A stretch of 64,000 bases of DNA from a virus (Duplodnaviria > Heunggongvirae > Uroviricota > Caudoviricetes), in IMG/VR virus record IMGVR_UViG_3300008120_000059, positions 64,001-128,000 of that record; one strand, written 5' to 3'. The notes beneath the pieces are model-generated. The model ran no database searches and was not told the DNA's origin. It saw only the letters and a list, made by a program, of their open reading frames with translations. Positions 16,979-25,988 of the stretch are shown here, piece after piece (position 1 is the stretch's first letter; every line of letters begins with the position of its first letter). The position numbers and the translations under genes were made by a program.

Positions 16979-17829
16979 TTTAAGTATTTTTTTATATCCA
17001 TTTGTAAAATCGAATTGGTCATGTCCGATGGGACTTTGTATTCCGTAAACGTCCCATTATCTTTAAGATGTGTAATGACACAACCTAATAATTTGATATC
17101 TGAAAACTTACTACCTTCCAACATTTTTAATAATAGTTTACCATACAATGGTAGTTGAACATAATAGTGACTTAGAGCGGTATCATAATAGTTTTCAAAA
17201 GGGTGTAACATTTTTGAAGTATAGGGTTGTATTTGAAAATTCTTTTCTTGGTTTGTTTTCCAATCCGTAACAACAATTCCAAATCCGTCTTTTTGTTTGT
17301 TCATCATCAGCCAGCATTTATCAGGTTGACCAACATATCCTAGTTCAGGGTCACCCAACACCATTTCAGTATCTAAGAGTACCGCACCTCTTTCTTCCAT
17401 CAAGGTTAAAAAATCTTTACCCGCTGATATCATACTGTCACTCTTCATGATTTGTTGATTGTCACATTCAAAAATTGGTTGTCTCACATCTTTATAATTA
17501 CCATATCTACCAACTAAATCAGTTTCTAACATGTAATGAACCCTACTACCTAAATTTGTAGAGTAATCACCCGCTTTCTTCCATTTTTCTAACAATAAAC
17601 GAGTTTCTTCCTCGTCACCATCTGTCATTTGGTAAGCTTTAGATTCTGCATCAAATGGGATGTAAAATTTTTTAATGACTTTTGATACGGATGGAAAATT
17701 ATTTCTATGTTTTCCATCTAAATCTCTCATAAAATAAATGTGTTCATCTTCATAAAAAGTAAGTTCTAACTCCTTTTTTCTAATTTCAACACACTCTCTG
17801 ATTTCCTGTGCTATTTCTGTTAAATTCAT
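16975..17829 (-). CDS. PD-(D/E)xK exonuclease (RecB/Cas4-like)
   Basis: PSVSKVI, GSRVH, GQPD...DWKT, HYYVQLPLY. Confidence 0.8.
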   Translation of the reverse strand: MNLTEIAQEIRECVEIRKKELELTFYEDEHIYFMRDLDGKHRNNFPSVSKVIKKFYIPFDAESKAYQMTDGDEEETRLLLEKWKKAGDYSTNLGSRVHYMLETDLVGRYGNYKDVRQPIFECDNQQIMKSDSMISAGKDFLTLMEERGAVLLDTEMVLGDPELGYVGQPDKCWLMMNKQKDGFGIVVTDWKTNQEKNFQIQPYTSKMLHPFENYYDTALSHYYVQLPLYGKLLLKMLEGSKFSDIKLLGCVITHLKDNGTFTEYKVPSDMTNSILQMDIKKYLK

Positions 17830-17830
17830 T

Positions 17831-18769
17831 TTAATCTAATTTAAATTCTTTGTATTCGGTTAAGTTTCCTTGTAAATCTGCAATGTCTTTGTCTTTAGGT
17901 AGTTTCACGATGTTTATCTTACCCAATAGTTTACCACAATTTAATTTGTGATATAATTTTTCTGCGTCGTCCCACGCATCACCATCTAACAATATTGTCA
18001 CTTCACATCTAAGGTCATATATTTTATTAAAGAGTAAATCACTTATGTACTTACCTAACATTGGGACGGCATTATCTAAAAAAATAGAGTCAAACGCACC
18101 CTCGACTAAATAAATTTTTTTTGACCAATCTATCAAACTTTCATTAAAAATAATTGTCTCTTTTTGTACGTCAGGATTTTTATATTTTAATTTAGTTTTT
18201 GACAAAAATGAACGTGCAACAAAGTAATTGATTTGTCTCCATTCATTATAAGATGGAATTATTATTCTATTCTCATATGGTCCTGAGAATGCAAACCCTA
18301 TATTGTGTTTTCTTATTATTTTGTCAGTAACGTTTCTCTTTTTTAGATACGCCATGGCTTGTCTATAGTGGTGAGTCAATTTAACACCGTCACTTGGATT
18401 GTTAAGTGCAATAAATTCTTTGGGTAATTCAACTTGTTTGAATTGTTTTACCACAAGTTCTACCTCATCAGGTTTTAATAACTCATATCTTTTTAGATGT
18501 TTTTCGTTTCCATATTTTTTTATGAGTTTGTAAACCGAGCCATGGGTATTGTATAATTCAGAACATGACCAACACTTATAAACCAACATTTTGTAATTGA
18601 TTTCCAAGTTACCTTTACCATCACCGTGGTCTAATCCTTTGATTTCGTGGGAACATACTGGACAATCAAACGCCAACTGTCCTTTGTATTCGTTGTGCAT
18701 TCTACAGTCACCAAGAATATCTTCAAGGATGTCAATAACAGGTTTGTATTCAATGGCAACTGATGGCAT
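17831..18769 (-). CDS. DNA primase (Zn finger + TOPRIM)
   Basis: CPVC...CWSC Zn finger, LVEGAFD, LLDGDA, DIAD. ATG 18769 preferred over track start 18811. Confidence 0.85.
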   Translation of the reverse strand: MPSVAIEYKPVIDILEDILGDCRMHNEYKGQLAFDCPVCSHEIKGLDHGDGKGNLEINYKMLVYKCWSCSELYNTHGSVYKLIKKYGNEKHLKRYELLKPDEVELVVKQFKQVELPKEFIALNNPSDGVKLTHHYRQAMAYLKKRNVTDKIIRKHNIGFAFSGPYENRIIIPSYNEWRQINYFVARSFLSKTKLKYKNPDVQKETIIFNESLIDWSKKIYLVEGAFDSIFLDNAVPMLGKYISDLLFNKIYDLRCEVTILLDGDAWDDAEKLYHKLNCGKLLGKINIVKLPKDKDIADLQGNLTEYKEFKLD

Positions 18770-18810
18770 AGATAAAATATACAAAATAAAAATTGTAAAA
18801 CCAAACCGCA

Positions 18811-18850
18811 TAAAAAAAGGTGGGGGTTATACACCAAAACCTCCCACCTT
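18811..18850 (-). terminator. intrinsic terminator
   Basis: Minus-strand AAGGTGGGAGGTT...AACCCCCACCTT stem followed by a T run. Confidence 0.8.
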
Positions 18851-18940
18851 ATGTCAAAATACTAATGCTATCTTGACATTATTAGTTATTGAATCAAATT
18901 CTTTTCAAAGTATACACAATCATTTTCATAAAAACAAATT

Positions 18941-19549
18941 TTAATTGGAAATACCTAATTTTTGCATGTTCACAAATCCAATCACCGCTGTTGCCGCATC
19001 ACTCATATCGTAGTTTTCTTTTTTCAATTGACCGTTTTTACCATACAACCACTCTACCTCAGGACAAACGGTATTTACGTTTTCCCATATAATGTGTTTC
19101 TTGTCTATATCTTTAGGTAAACCACCAAATAAAACATTCTTACCCTTATCGTTTTTACCAACTAAGCTTGGAAATGCATATTTTCTTGCATTGTAGGTGG
19201 TAATGAAAGTAGGTACAATACCTAAAATCTCATAACACGATTTGAGAATCATTGTGTTGTATCTCAATAATGTTCCAACAGTGTAAATGTTATTTGAATT
19301 TAATAGTGGTTCCTCAATAACAACTCGTGTTATCCCCACATCTTTATAATCTTCTAAATGTTTTTTAAACGCCTGTGCCTTCTTTAGAAGTTCCTCAATC
19401 TTATCTTCAGGTTGAGGTTTTATTTTAGGAGAAAAGTGTGTCAATTCTAAAAGTCGCGAAGAATTAACATCAAATAGCGCCCATCCGATGGTCTTGGTTG
19501 AAATGTCTAATCCCAAAATTTTGGGTGCATTCTTAAATTTTATACTCAT
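18941..19549 (-). CDS. RuvC-like Holliday junction resolvase (RNase H fold)
   Basis: ILGLDISTKTIGWA, VVIEEP, DMSDA acidic residues. Confidence 0.8.
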   Translation of the reverse strand: MSIKFKNAPKILGLDISTKTIGWALFDVNSSRLLELTHFSPKIKPQPEDKIEELLKKAQAFKKHLEDYKDVGITRVVIEEPLLNSNNIYTVGTLLRYNTMILKSCYEILGIVPTFITTYNARKYAFPSLVGKNDKGKNVLFGGLPKDIDKKHIIWENVNTVCPEVEWLYGKNGQLKKENYDMSDAATAVIGFVNMQKLGISN

Positions 19550-19555
19550 ATAAAA

Positions 19556-19584
19556 ATTATATGAGATATCATTTAAATTGTAAA
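19556..19584 (-). promoter_or_regulatory. sigma70-like promoter TTTACA-N17-TATAAT
   Basis: -35 at 19584-19579, -10 at 19561-19556, ending 6 nt before ATG 19549. AT-rich context lowers specificity. Confidence 0.45.
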
Positions 19585-19587
19585 GAG

Positions 19588-21738
19588 TTAGAAATCTATT
19601 TTTATTGCGAATACTTGTGTTCCGCTTCTTTTTACAGGATTGGCGGTCTTACCTATTGCCAACACTTCTTTATTTTCGTTCAATAAAGCAACTTCTGTAA
19701 TTCTCTTATCTTGACCTGTAGTATACGTTGGATTTTGTGTAACATTAAATTGACTAGCCGGTAAGTTCACCAAGAAATTCATTTTCTCAATATCCGTTGC
19801 TCTTACCAATTTAATACTACCAGGAAAAGGTTGTTCATCACCAAACTGTGGTGCTGTTGATGGTTGATTTGGTATCTCACCAATATAAGATTCTAAATCA
19901 AATATTGTAGTATCATTATCGTACATGTCAAAAGTAACTTGAAATGAATAATCAACTAAGTTCGCAGGGTTAATTGTGTTACCAACAGTATGATTTGGTA
20001 TATATTGAGTCATATCCAATAATTTCCAAAGATTTGGTTCAGGTAAATCACCATAATTGGTAACTTGAATTAATAATTGGAACTGATTAGCTATAAACCC
20101 ATTTTTAAAATTACAAGTACTACCTGTTACCATATCTGTGAAATAACCATTTGCGAACTTGACATATAACTGACAGGGAGTTGTATAATAGGTACTACCT
20201 GTTGTTGTTTCGAATTTAGTATAGTAGTTACAAGGTAATCCATTCATTTGGGTATCACCCGTGTAGTTTAACATGTATGTTAACCATATAGTCTGTTCAG
20301 TTGAACCAGAATAAAAAGATTGTGCGGCTGGTAAATCACTTGGTAATAAGTTTATTTTTGGTGAAGGTAGTGTGTACTTTCTGTTAGATTTATAATCCAT
20401 AACAGCAACCAACTCTTGGTCGTCAATGACAACTACTTTATTGTTTACGAAAATTTTACCAACTCTATTTCCAATCTCATCTAATAGATATCTGTACTTG
20501 ATTTTTTGGTATGCGTTTTTCTTCGAACTAACAAAGTAATCTGTTGTGTCCATAGTAAGTAAAGCACCTATTGTTGTACCAGTATTTCTATGGTATTGAA
20601 TAAATGGGATATATACTTCAAAATATTCTAAATCTGTTATCGTGTTACCAATTGAGTCTTCTAACAATGCTTGAGATTCCGTATTATTTGTGCTTATATA
20701 ATCGTCGTACTTATAGAATCTTTCAGGGTCATTTTTTAAATCTCCGAGTTCTGAATAATGGATTACAGCAATACATCTTTGTTCCTCAGGAGTAACTTCA
20801 ATCACTTCATTATATGAATTTTTATAAGAAGTGGGGTTAGTTACCGTGGTACCTGAACTTGTTGTAAATGTTTGACCACTTGATGTTGTATAACCTAAAA
20901 ATTGTTTAGTTGATACGTGTTTGTTTGATGTAAAACCTGTTATGTTTTCGTCCACACCATTAACGTCAAAACCGATTGGTTTCATACCCCAAACGACATT
21001 CATGGTCCATGAATTTAATTGTTGTGTTGGGTCAATTTCCGCGGGTTTACAGTTTGGATTATATGTTACACTTACAGGATATTCATTTTCACAAGAATTA
21101 CATACCACTTGAGCGGGACCTGTACATCCTGAAAAATTAGGTGTCGCTCTATCAAGATAAAGTGTATTTCCTGTTACACCTGTAATTTTATATGTTAAAC
21201 TGTTTGTTTCACCAGTGATTACAGGATGATTTGGGTCATTACCACAAAATCCACCATAAACTATTGTAATATACTCACAGTCATTAAAACTAGCACCTGT
21301 TAATACGGTCACACTATTATCACCTGTCATCGCGGATAATGATATTTGTTGAGTTTCACACTCAACACTCGTTCCTGTACAATTACTACTATCATAATCA
21401 ATATACTCGGTTACAAAACCGGCAGGACCCATAACGTTTCTTAAAGTATCGGTGGTTGAAGATTGTACGGGAATACCATAAACCGTAGAACCCGTGTTAC
21501 TACTATCTAATTTATAGGGATATTTTACACCCCCTTCTTTATCAAAGGGTGCAAAGACCATTTGAAATGGTTGTGAGTTTAATCCTGTAAAATTATCAAA
21601 CGGTGATGTGTAATCAAATTCAGAATCCCCAATTTGAAAATATGCGATGTTAAAACTACCTTTTGCAATAGAATTTCTACCCTTTTGGGTGATTCTAACT
21701 GATAAAAATTCTGAATTATTATTACTTAAAAAACTCAT
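19588..21738 (-). CDS. virion structural protein (tail/baseplate-associated)
   Basis: Beta/Thr/Gly-rich; C-terminal ITEVALLNENKEVLAIGK resembles tail-fibre attachment modules; TATTTAT box upstream. Confidence 0.6.
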   Translation of the reverse strand: MSFLSNNNSEFLSVRITQKGRNSIAKGSFNIAYFQIGDSEFDYTSPFDNFTGLNSQPFQMVFAPFDKEGGVKYPYKLDSSNTGSTVYGIPVQSSTTDTLRNVMGPAGFVTEYIDYDSSNCTGTSVECETQQISLSAMTGDNSVTVLTGASFNDCEYITIVYGGFCGNDPNHPVITGETNSLTYKITGVTGNTLYLDRATPNFSGCTGPAQVVCNSCENEYPVSVTYNPNCKPAEIDPTQQLNSWTMNVVWGMKPIGFDVNGVDENITGFTSNKHVSTKQFLGYTTSSGQTFTTSSGTTVTNPTSYKNSYNEVIEVTPEEQRCIAVIHYSELGDLKNDPERFYKYDDYISTNNTESQALLEDSIGNTITDLEYFEVYIPFIQYHRNTGTTIGALLTMDTTDYFVSSKKNAYQKIKYRYLLDEIGNRVGKIFVNNKVVVIDDQELVAVMDYKSNRKYTLPSPKINLLPSDLPAAQSFYSGSTEQTIWLTYMLNYTGDTQMNGLPCNYYTKFETTTGSTYYTTPCQLYVKFANGYFTDMVTGSTCNFKNGFIANQFQLLIQVTNYGDLPEPNLWKLLDMTQYIPNHTVGNTINPANLVDYSFQVTFDMYDNDTTIFDLESYIGEIPNQPSTAPQFGDEQPFPGSIKLVRATDIEKMNFLVNLPASQFNVTQNPTYTTGQDKRITEVALLNENKEVLAIGKTANPVKRSGTQVFAIKIDF

Positions 21739-21747
21739 GGTTATAAT

Positions 21748-21754
21748 ATAAATA
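21748..21754 (-). promoter_or_regulatory. TATTTAT box
   Basis: 9 nt upstream of ATG 21738. Confidence 0.5.
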
Positions 21755-21775
21755 CTTTAGTTGAGATAATCAATT

Positions 21776-24697
21776 TTAATTACATGTTCCAGTGCTTGTA
21801 AAAGTACCGTCACCATCATTCGTAACTTGAGGTGTTGGTGTTAAATAACCACAGTATGTCTCAGTTGTACCATTCCCAACAGTAATAAATTGAAGGGTAC
21901 CGGTACAGTCAGTATAACTAAATGTGGTATGACCTCCTGTTCCTGTCGTTCCTCCATCGAATTCCCATAGTATGTCACATGGAGTAGCCGAACTGGTTGG
22001 GGTGAGTGTTGGTGTTGGGGTATTTGTTGGTGTTACTGTATTGGTAGAAGTCACGGTCGGTGTTGGTGTTACAGTTTCAGTTGGTGTAACTGTATTAGTA
22101 GGTGTTACAGTATTCGTTGGGGTTACGGTCGGTGTTGGTGTTACAGTTTCAGTTGGTGTAACTGTATTAGTAGGTGTTATTGTTGGTGTTGATGTGGGCG
22201 AACCACCGGGTGATGTTGTAATTGTTGGAGTTACTGTATTAGTAGGTGTTACAGTATTCGTTGGGGTTACGGTCGGTGTTGGTGTTAAAGTATTGGTGGG
22301 TGTGGGTGTTACAAGTGGTATGATTGAATCGGAGCAAATACCCACCCTAGAACCTGAGGCACCACCATTACCTGATATGGTCATCGAGATAAATGGTGTT
22401 GAATTTGTTATTATGAATTTTCCACCACCATTGACAAAAAGTGGTGCGGTTGAGCCACCAATAATTGTGTTACCTGTTATTGTTACATAACAACTTAACG
22501 GTGAAGATATTGTGGGGGTACCTGTATTTGTTGTAAATGTGAAATCTTCATCACTAGTACCACCCATACCGGTTATAAAAACAACTAAATCATTTACTGG
22601 TGAACTAAAATTGTATCTATATGAGAAAGGTCCTGAATTTCCTAAAAAGTTATGATAGTCGGTCATTACAATAGTGTCACCAACACAGGATGACGTGTAT
22701 CCAGATGTATTTTCGGTAACACTACCACTATATGTTGATGTTATAGAAACACCGTTCACTGTCGAGGGGACATAAACGCTATCGTTACAAGTATACCCTG
22801 TTGATGGTGTACTACTAACAGTTGGTGTTGGGGTAAGTGTTGGTGTATTCGTAGGAGTCGCACTCTGAGTCGGTGTTACTGTTGGGGTGGGTGATGATAT
22901 CGGTGTCGACGAACTATCACAACAATCATCCAAATTAACTCTAAAAACTTGTTCACAACAACCTTCACAATCAATTCTAACATATATCTCCATTAATGTT
23001 GGGTCTATACCTGTAATATCACAAATATCTCCTGTGGACATACTTGTACATGAAGTTATACCTGTTATGTTAGTTGAAGTTAATCCGGTATAGACCGTAC
23101 AATTTGTATAATTAGAACCGGAATTAAATGAAATCTTAACGCCTTTTGGGGTGACCAAATCGTTTACACAACCTGAAGGTGTAACAGTAGGTGTAGGGGT
23201 TTTTGTTGGGGTGTTGGTGGGTGTTGGGGTTGGCGAACCACCAGGTGTTGATGTAACTGATGGTGTAACGCTAGGTGTTAGAGTCGGTGTTGATGTTACT
23301 GTAAGTGTAACTGTCGGTGTTAAAGACGGAGTTGTTGAAGGTGTTTCACTTGGTGTATTAGAGGGTGTTGCCGATGGTGAAGTAGTTGGTGTGGGCGAAC
23401 CTCCTGGTGATGAAGTAACTGTAGGTGTAACTGTATTTGTAGGGGTTGATGTATTGGTTGGAGTTACTGATGGTGAGGTAGTTGGTGTGGGTGTAGGTGA
23501 ATCGCCTGGTGATGAAGTAACTGTAGGTGTAACTGTATTTGTGGGAGTTGATGTATTGGTTGGTGTAGGTGAACCGCCAGGTGAAGTTGTGACTGTAGGT
23601 GTAACTGTATTTGTAGGAGTTACTGTTGGTGTGACAGATACAGTTGAAACCGGCGAACTTGTTGGTGTTACTGTTGGTGTTACTGTTGGTGTGACAGATA
23701 CAGTTGAAGCTGGTGAACTTGTTGGTTCAGGAGTGACTGTAGGTGTGACTGTCGGAGTACTAGTTAATGTAGGTGTTGGGACCGGTAGTGAGTCACAATT
23801 TTGGTAGTCCTCACAACCACCATTAGGATTCACAACTATATTAGTTGGGTCACTGAATGTAATTGTTTGATTGTCAAAACATACACATTGATAAACCGTA
23901 GCAAAAGGTGCGATGGTTCCGGAAGTTTGAAGCAAACCATAACAATCAGTATATGAATATGTAATTGTATTTCCATCTTCACTTATGATTTGTTTACACA
24001 CACAATCCGTACATATTGATGGTGTTGGTGTTGGGGTGGGGGATAGTGTTGGTGTTACAGTGTTAGTTGGTGTGGGTGTAACTGTTTTAGTAAGTGTTGG
24101 AGTTGGGGTTGGGGTTTCTGTGGGTGTTTCTGAAGGTGTTGGGGTTGGGGTTTCTGTGGGTGTTTCTGTTGGAGTTGGGGTTTCTGTGGGTGTTTCTGTT
24201 GGAGTTGGTGTCGGGGTTGGTGAAGGACATGATGGACACTCACCAGCTGTACAACTTGGTTGTGAAACCCACGTCCCAGTGTCGTCAACTGTTGCGGTTG
24301 AAGGGCCCGACGCAACCGCAATATAACAATCCGTATTGTCAGTGTATACACTACCTACTATATAATTTAATCCACTTTGTACTTCATAAATAGTGCCTCC
24401 TTGTTCACAACATTTTTCAAAAAAAGTGGTTTCTTGACATTGTGAACCACTATCATTTGCAGTACTATTCGATGCGGTTAATGGAGAATCGTTTTTAAAA
24501 TAATATAAACTAGGTAATCCATTTTGTATGTCGGTACAAATAGTATAACTACCATTTGAAAAACTTGTTGTTGTAAGTACACCATTACAGTTGTAATAAG
24601 CAACATACACCTTACCATTATTAACAGGGTTAGTGTTACCGGTGGCATTACCGGTATCCAATGAACTTATTGTGACGTTATATAATTGACAAGCCAT
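21776..24697 (-). CDS. modular Cys-rich / Thr-Pro stalk protein (putative fibre/adhesin)
   Basis: Several Cys-rich modules and one beta-sandwich-like domain separated by four TP-repeat tracts. Confidence 0.8.
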   Translation of the reverse strand: MACQLYNVTISSLDTGNATGNTNPVNNGKVYVAYYNCNGVLTTTSFSNGSYTICTDIQNGLPSLYYFKNDSPLTASNSTANDSGSQCQETTFFEKCCEQGGTIYEVQSGLNYIVGSVYTDNTDCYIAVASGPSTATVDDTGTWVSQPSCTAGECPSCPSPTPTPTPTETPTETPTPTETPTETPTPTPSETPTETPTPTPTLTKTVTPTPTNTVTPTLSPTPTPTPSICTDCVCKQIISEDGNTITYSYTDCYGLLQTSGTIAPFATVYQCVCFDNQTITFSDPTNIVVNPNGGCEDYQNCDSLPVPTPTLTSTPTVTPTVTPEPTSSPASTVSVTPTVTPTVTPTSSPVSTVSVTPTVTPTNTVTPTVTTSPGGSPTPTNTSTPTNTVTPTVTSSPGDSPTPTPTTSPSVTPTNTSTPTNTVTPTVTSSPGGSPTPTTSPSATPSNTPSETPSTTPSLTPTVTLTVTSTPTLTPSVTPSVTSTPGGSPTPTPTNTPTKTPTPTVTPSGCVNDLVTPKGVKISFNSGSNYTNCTVYTGLTSTNITGITSCTSMSTGDICDITGIDPTLMEIYVRIDCEGCCEQVFRVNLDDCCDSSSTPISSPTPTVTPTQSATPTNTPTLTPTPTVSSTPSTGYTCNDSVYVPSTVNGVSITSTYSGSVTENTSGYTSSCVGDTIVMTDYHNFLGNSGPFSYRYNFSSPVNDLVVFITGMGGTSDEDFTFTTNTGTPTISSPLSCYVTITGNTIIGGSTAPLFVNGGGKFIITNSTPFISMTISGNGGASGSRVGICSDSIIPLVTPTPTNTLTPTPTVTPTNTVTPTNTVTPTITTSPGGSPTSTPTITPTNTVTPTETVTPTPTVTPTNTVTPTNTVTPTETVTPTPTVTSTNTVTPTNTPTPTLTPTSSATPCDILWEFDGGTTGTGGHTTFSYTDCTGTLQFITVGNGTTETYCGYLTPTPQVTNDGDGTFTSTGTCN

Positions 24698-24700
24698 TTA

Positions 24701-25051
24701 TTACGTTATTTGAACAACATTAACATTAAATGCACATGGGTAGTAACAATCACTACATCTTAAATCAACTAATGCTAATTGATAACCACCTTGCAATTTT
24801 GGTACCGATGATGGTACAGGGTTTATGTGTCCGTCACAGTGTTCCACAAATACAAAAATTTGTGGTATGTTATCCAATAAACTTATATTAAACGTATATC
24901 CCGTTGATATTGGAATTAAAACTTCAACCCCATTGATATAATTTGCATCATCAATATTATGTGTTAACCCTGTGTAGATATAGTACCCGTTACAAGGTGT
25001 TTGTCCTGAAAAATTTGATATTGTTACTGAGTATGTTACTAATGACGGCAT
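24701..25051 (-). CDS. small beta-rich Cys-containing protein
   Basis: 116 aa, in operon with the stalk proteins. Confidence 0.7.
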   Translation of the reverse strand: MPSLVTYSVTISNFSGQTPCNGYYIYTGLTHNIDDANYINGVEVLIPISTGYTFNISLLDNIPQIFVFVEHCDGHINPVPSSVPKLQGGYQLALVDLRCSDCYYPCAFNVNVVQIT

Positions 25052-25057
25052 TATTTC

Positions 25058-25064
25058 ATAAATA
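25058..25064 (-). promoter_or_regulatory. TATTTAT box
   Basis: 6 nt upstream of ATG 25051. Confidence 0.5.
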
Positions 25065-25076
25065 TAAATTCAATGT

Positions 25077-25925
25077 TTAATTACAATAATCGGGATTTAA
25101 ATCACAATCTATAAATGCAATACCACAATAGTTAGGGTCTGTTATGGTTCCACTTAAACCGGTTTGTGCAACTAAGTATTCACCAGCACTTGGATTGAGT
25201 GTAATATTTCCACTATCCTGTGATGAACCAATGAATATTTGCCATTGTGGTGATGTGTATACCGCAATTACCACCCCTGAACTATTAACCTTATAAAAAG
25301 TAATTGGGATATTTGAAGTGGCGGTTGTTACACTACCTAAATTATCTTTTAGTGTCCAAGTAACTTCATATTGTATATTTTCATCTATCGTTTCAATACT
25401 GTACCATAAACAATATGATGAAGGGGTGTTTTGTGTTGGAGTAGGAGTTGGAGTCTTGGTAACTGTTGGGGTTGGTGATAAACCAGGAGTTTTTGTTGGA
25501 GTAGGGGTTGGTGTAATTGAAGCGTTCGGTGTCTTAGATGGTGTAGCGGTAACTGTTGGTGTTTTTGTAACTGTAGGTGTTGGGGTTGGGGTTCTTGTAA
25601 CTGTAGGTGTTGGAGTTGGACTTATTGGTGGGTCACACTGTACCTCAACACTAAAACATAGTGTATCATAACAAGGAAACGCTTTACTATCGTGAGTGTA
25701 AATATTTTTAATTATATAACGACCTGTAGTGTCGTCTGTCATTTTAACCCAATATTGAGTATTAAAACTTAAGTTTGTAATTGTAACAGCTGTAAGAGTT
25801 AAACCTGTTGCGTAAAGTGTAAATGTTGAATTGTTCGTTTCAGGATACGGGCTATCACCGGACTTGTATCTAATTGAGTACGTACCATCATTGATTATAT
25901 TGTATAAACGAACATTTAATCCCAT
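25077..25925 (-). CDS. two-domain protein with central Thr-Pro linker
   Basis: Beta-rich N- and C-domains joined by about 70 aa of TP repeats. Confidence 0.8.
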   Translation of the reverse strand: MGLNVRLYNIINDGTYSIRYKSGDSPYPETNNSTFTLYATGLTLTAVTITNLSFNTQYWVKMTDDTTGRYIIKNIYTHDSKAFPCYDTLCFSVEVQCDPPISPTPTPTVTRTPTPTPTVTKTPTVTATPSKTPNASITPTPTPTKTPGLSPTPTVTKTPTPTPTQNTPSSYCLWYSIETIDENIQYEVTWTLKDNLGSVTTATSNIPITFYKVNSSGVVIAVYTSPQWQIFIGSSQDSGNITLNPSAGEYLVAQTGLSGTITDPNYCGIAFIDCDLNPDYCN

Positions 25926-25951
25926 TTTTTAATTATTGATTTCTATATTTG

Positions 25952-25958
25952 ATAAATA
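25952..25958 (-). promoter_or_regulatory. TATTTAT box
   Basis: 26 nt upstream of ATG 25925. Confidence 0.4.
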
Positions 25959-25988
25959 TAAAAAATCCTATTTTATAGTAAAGTTATT

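Noticed and set aside
18770-18811. Primase N-terminal extension MRFGFTIFILYILS
   Set aside because: It runs through the AT-rich promoter region just after the terminator; ATG 18769 is more plausible
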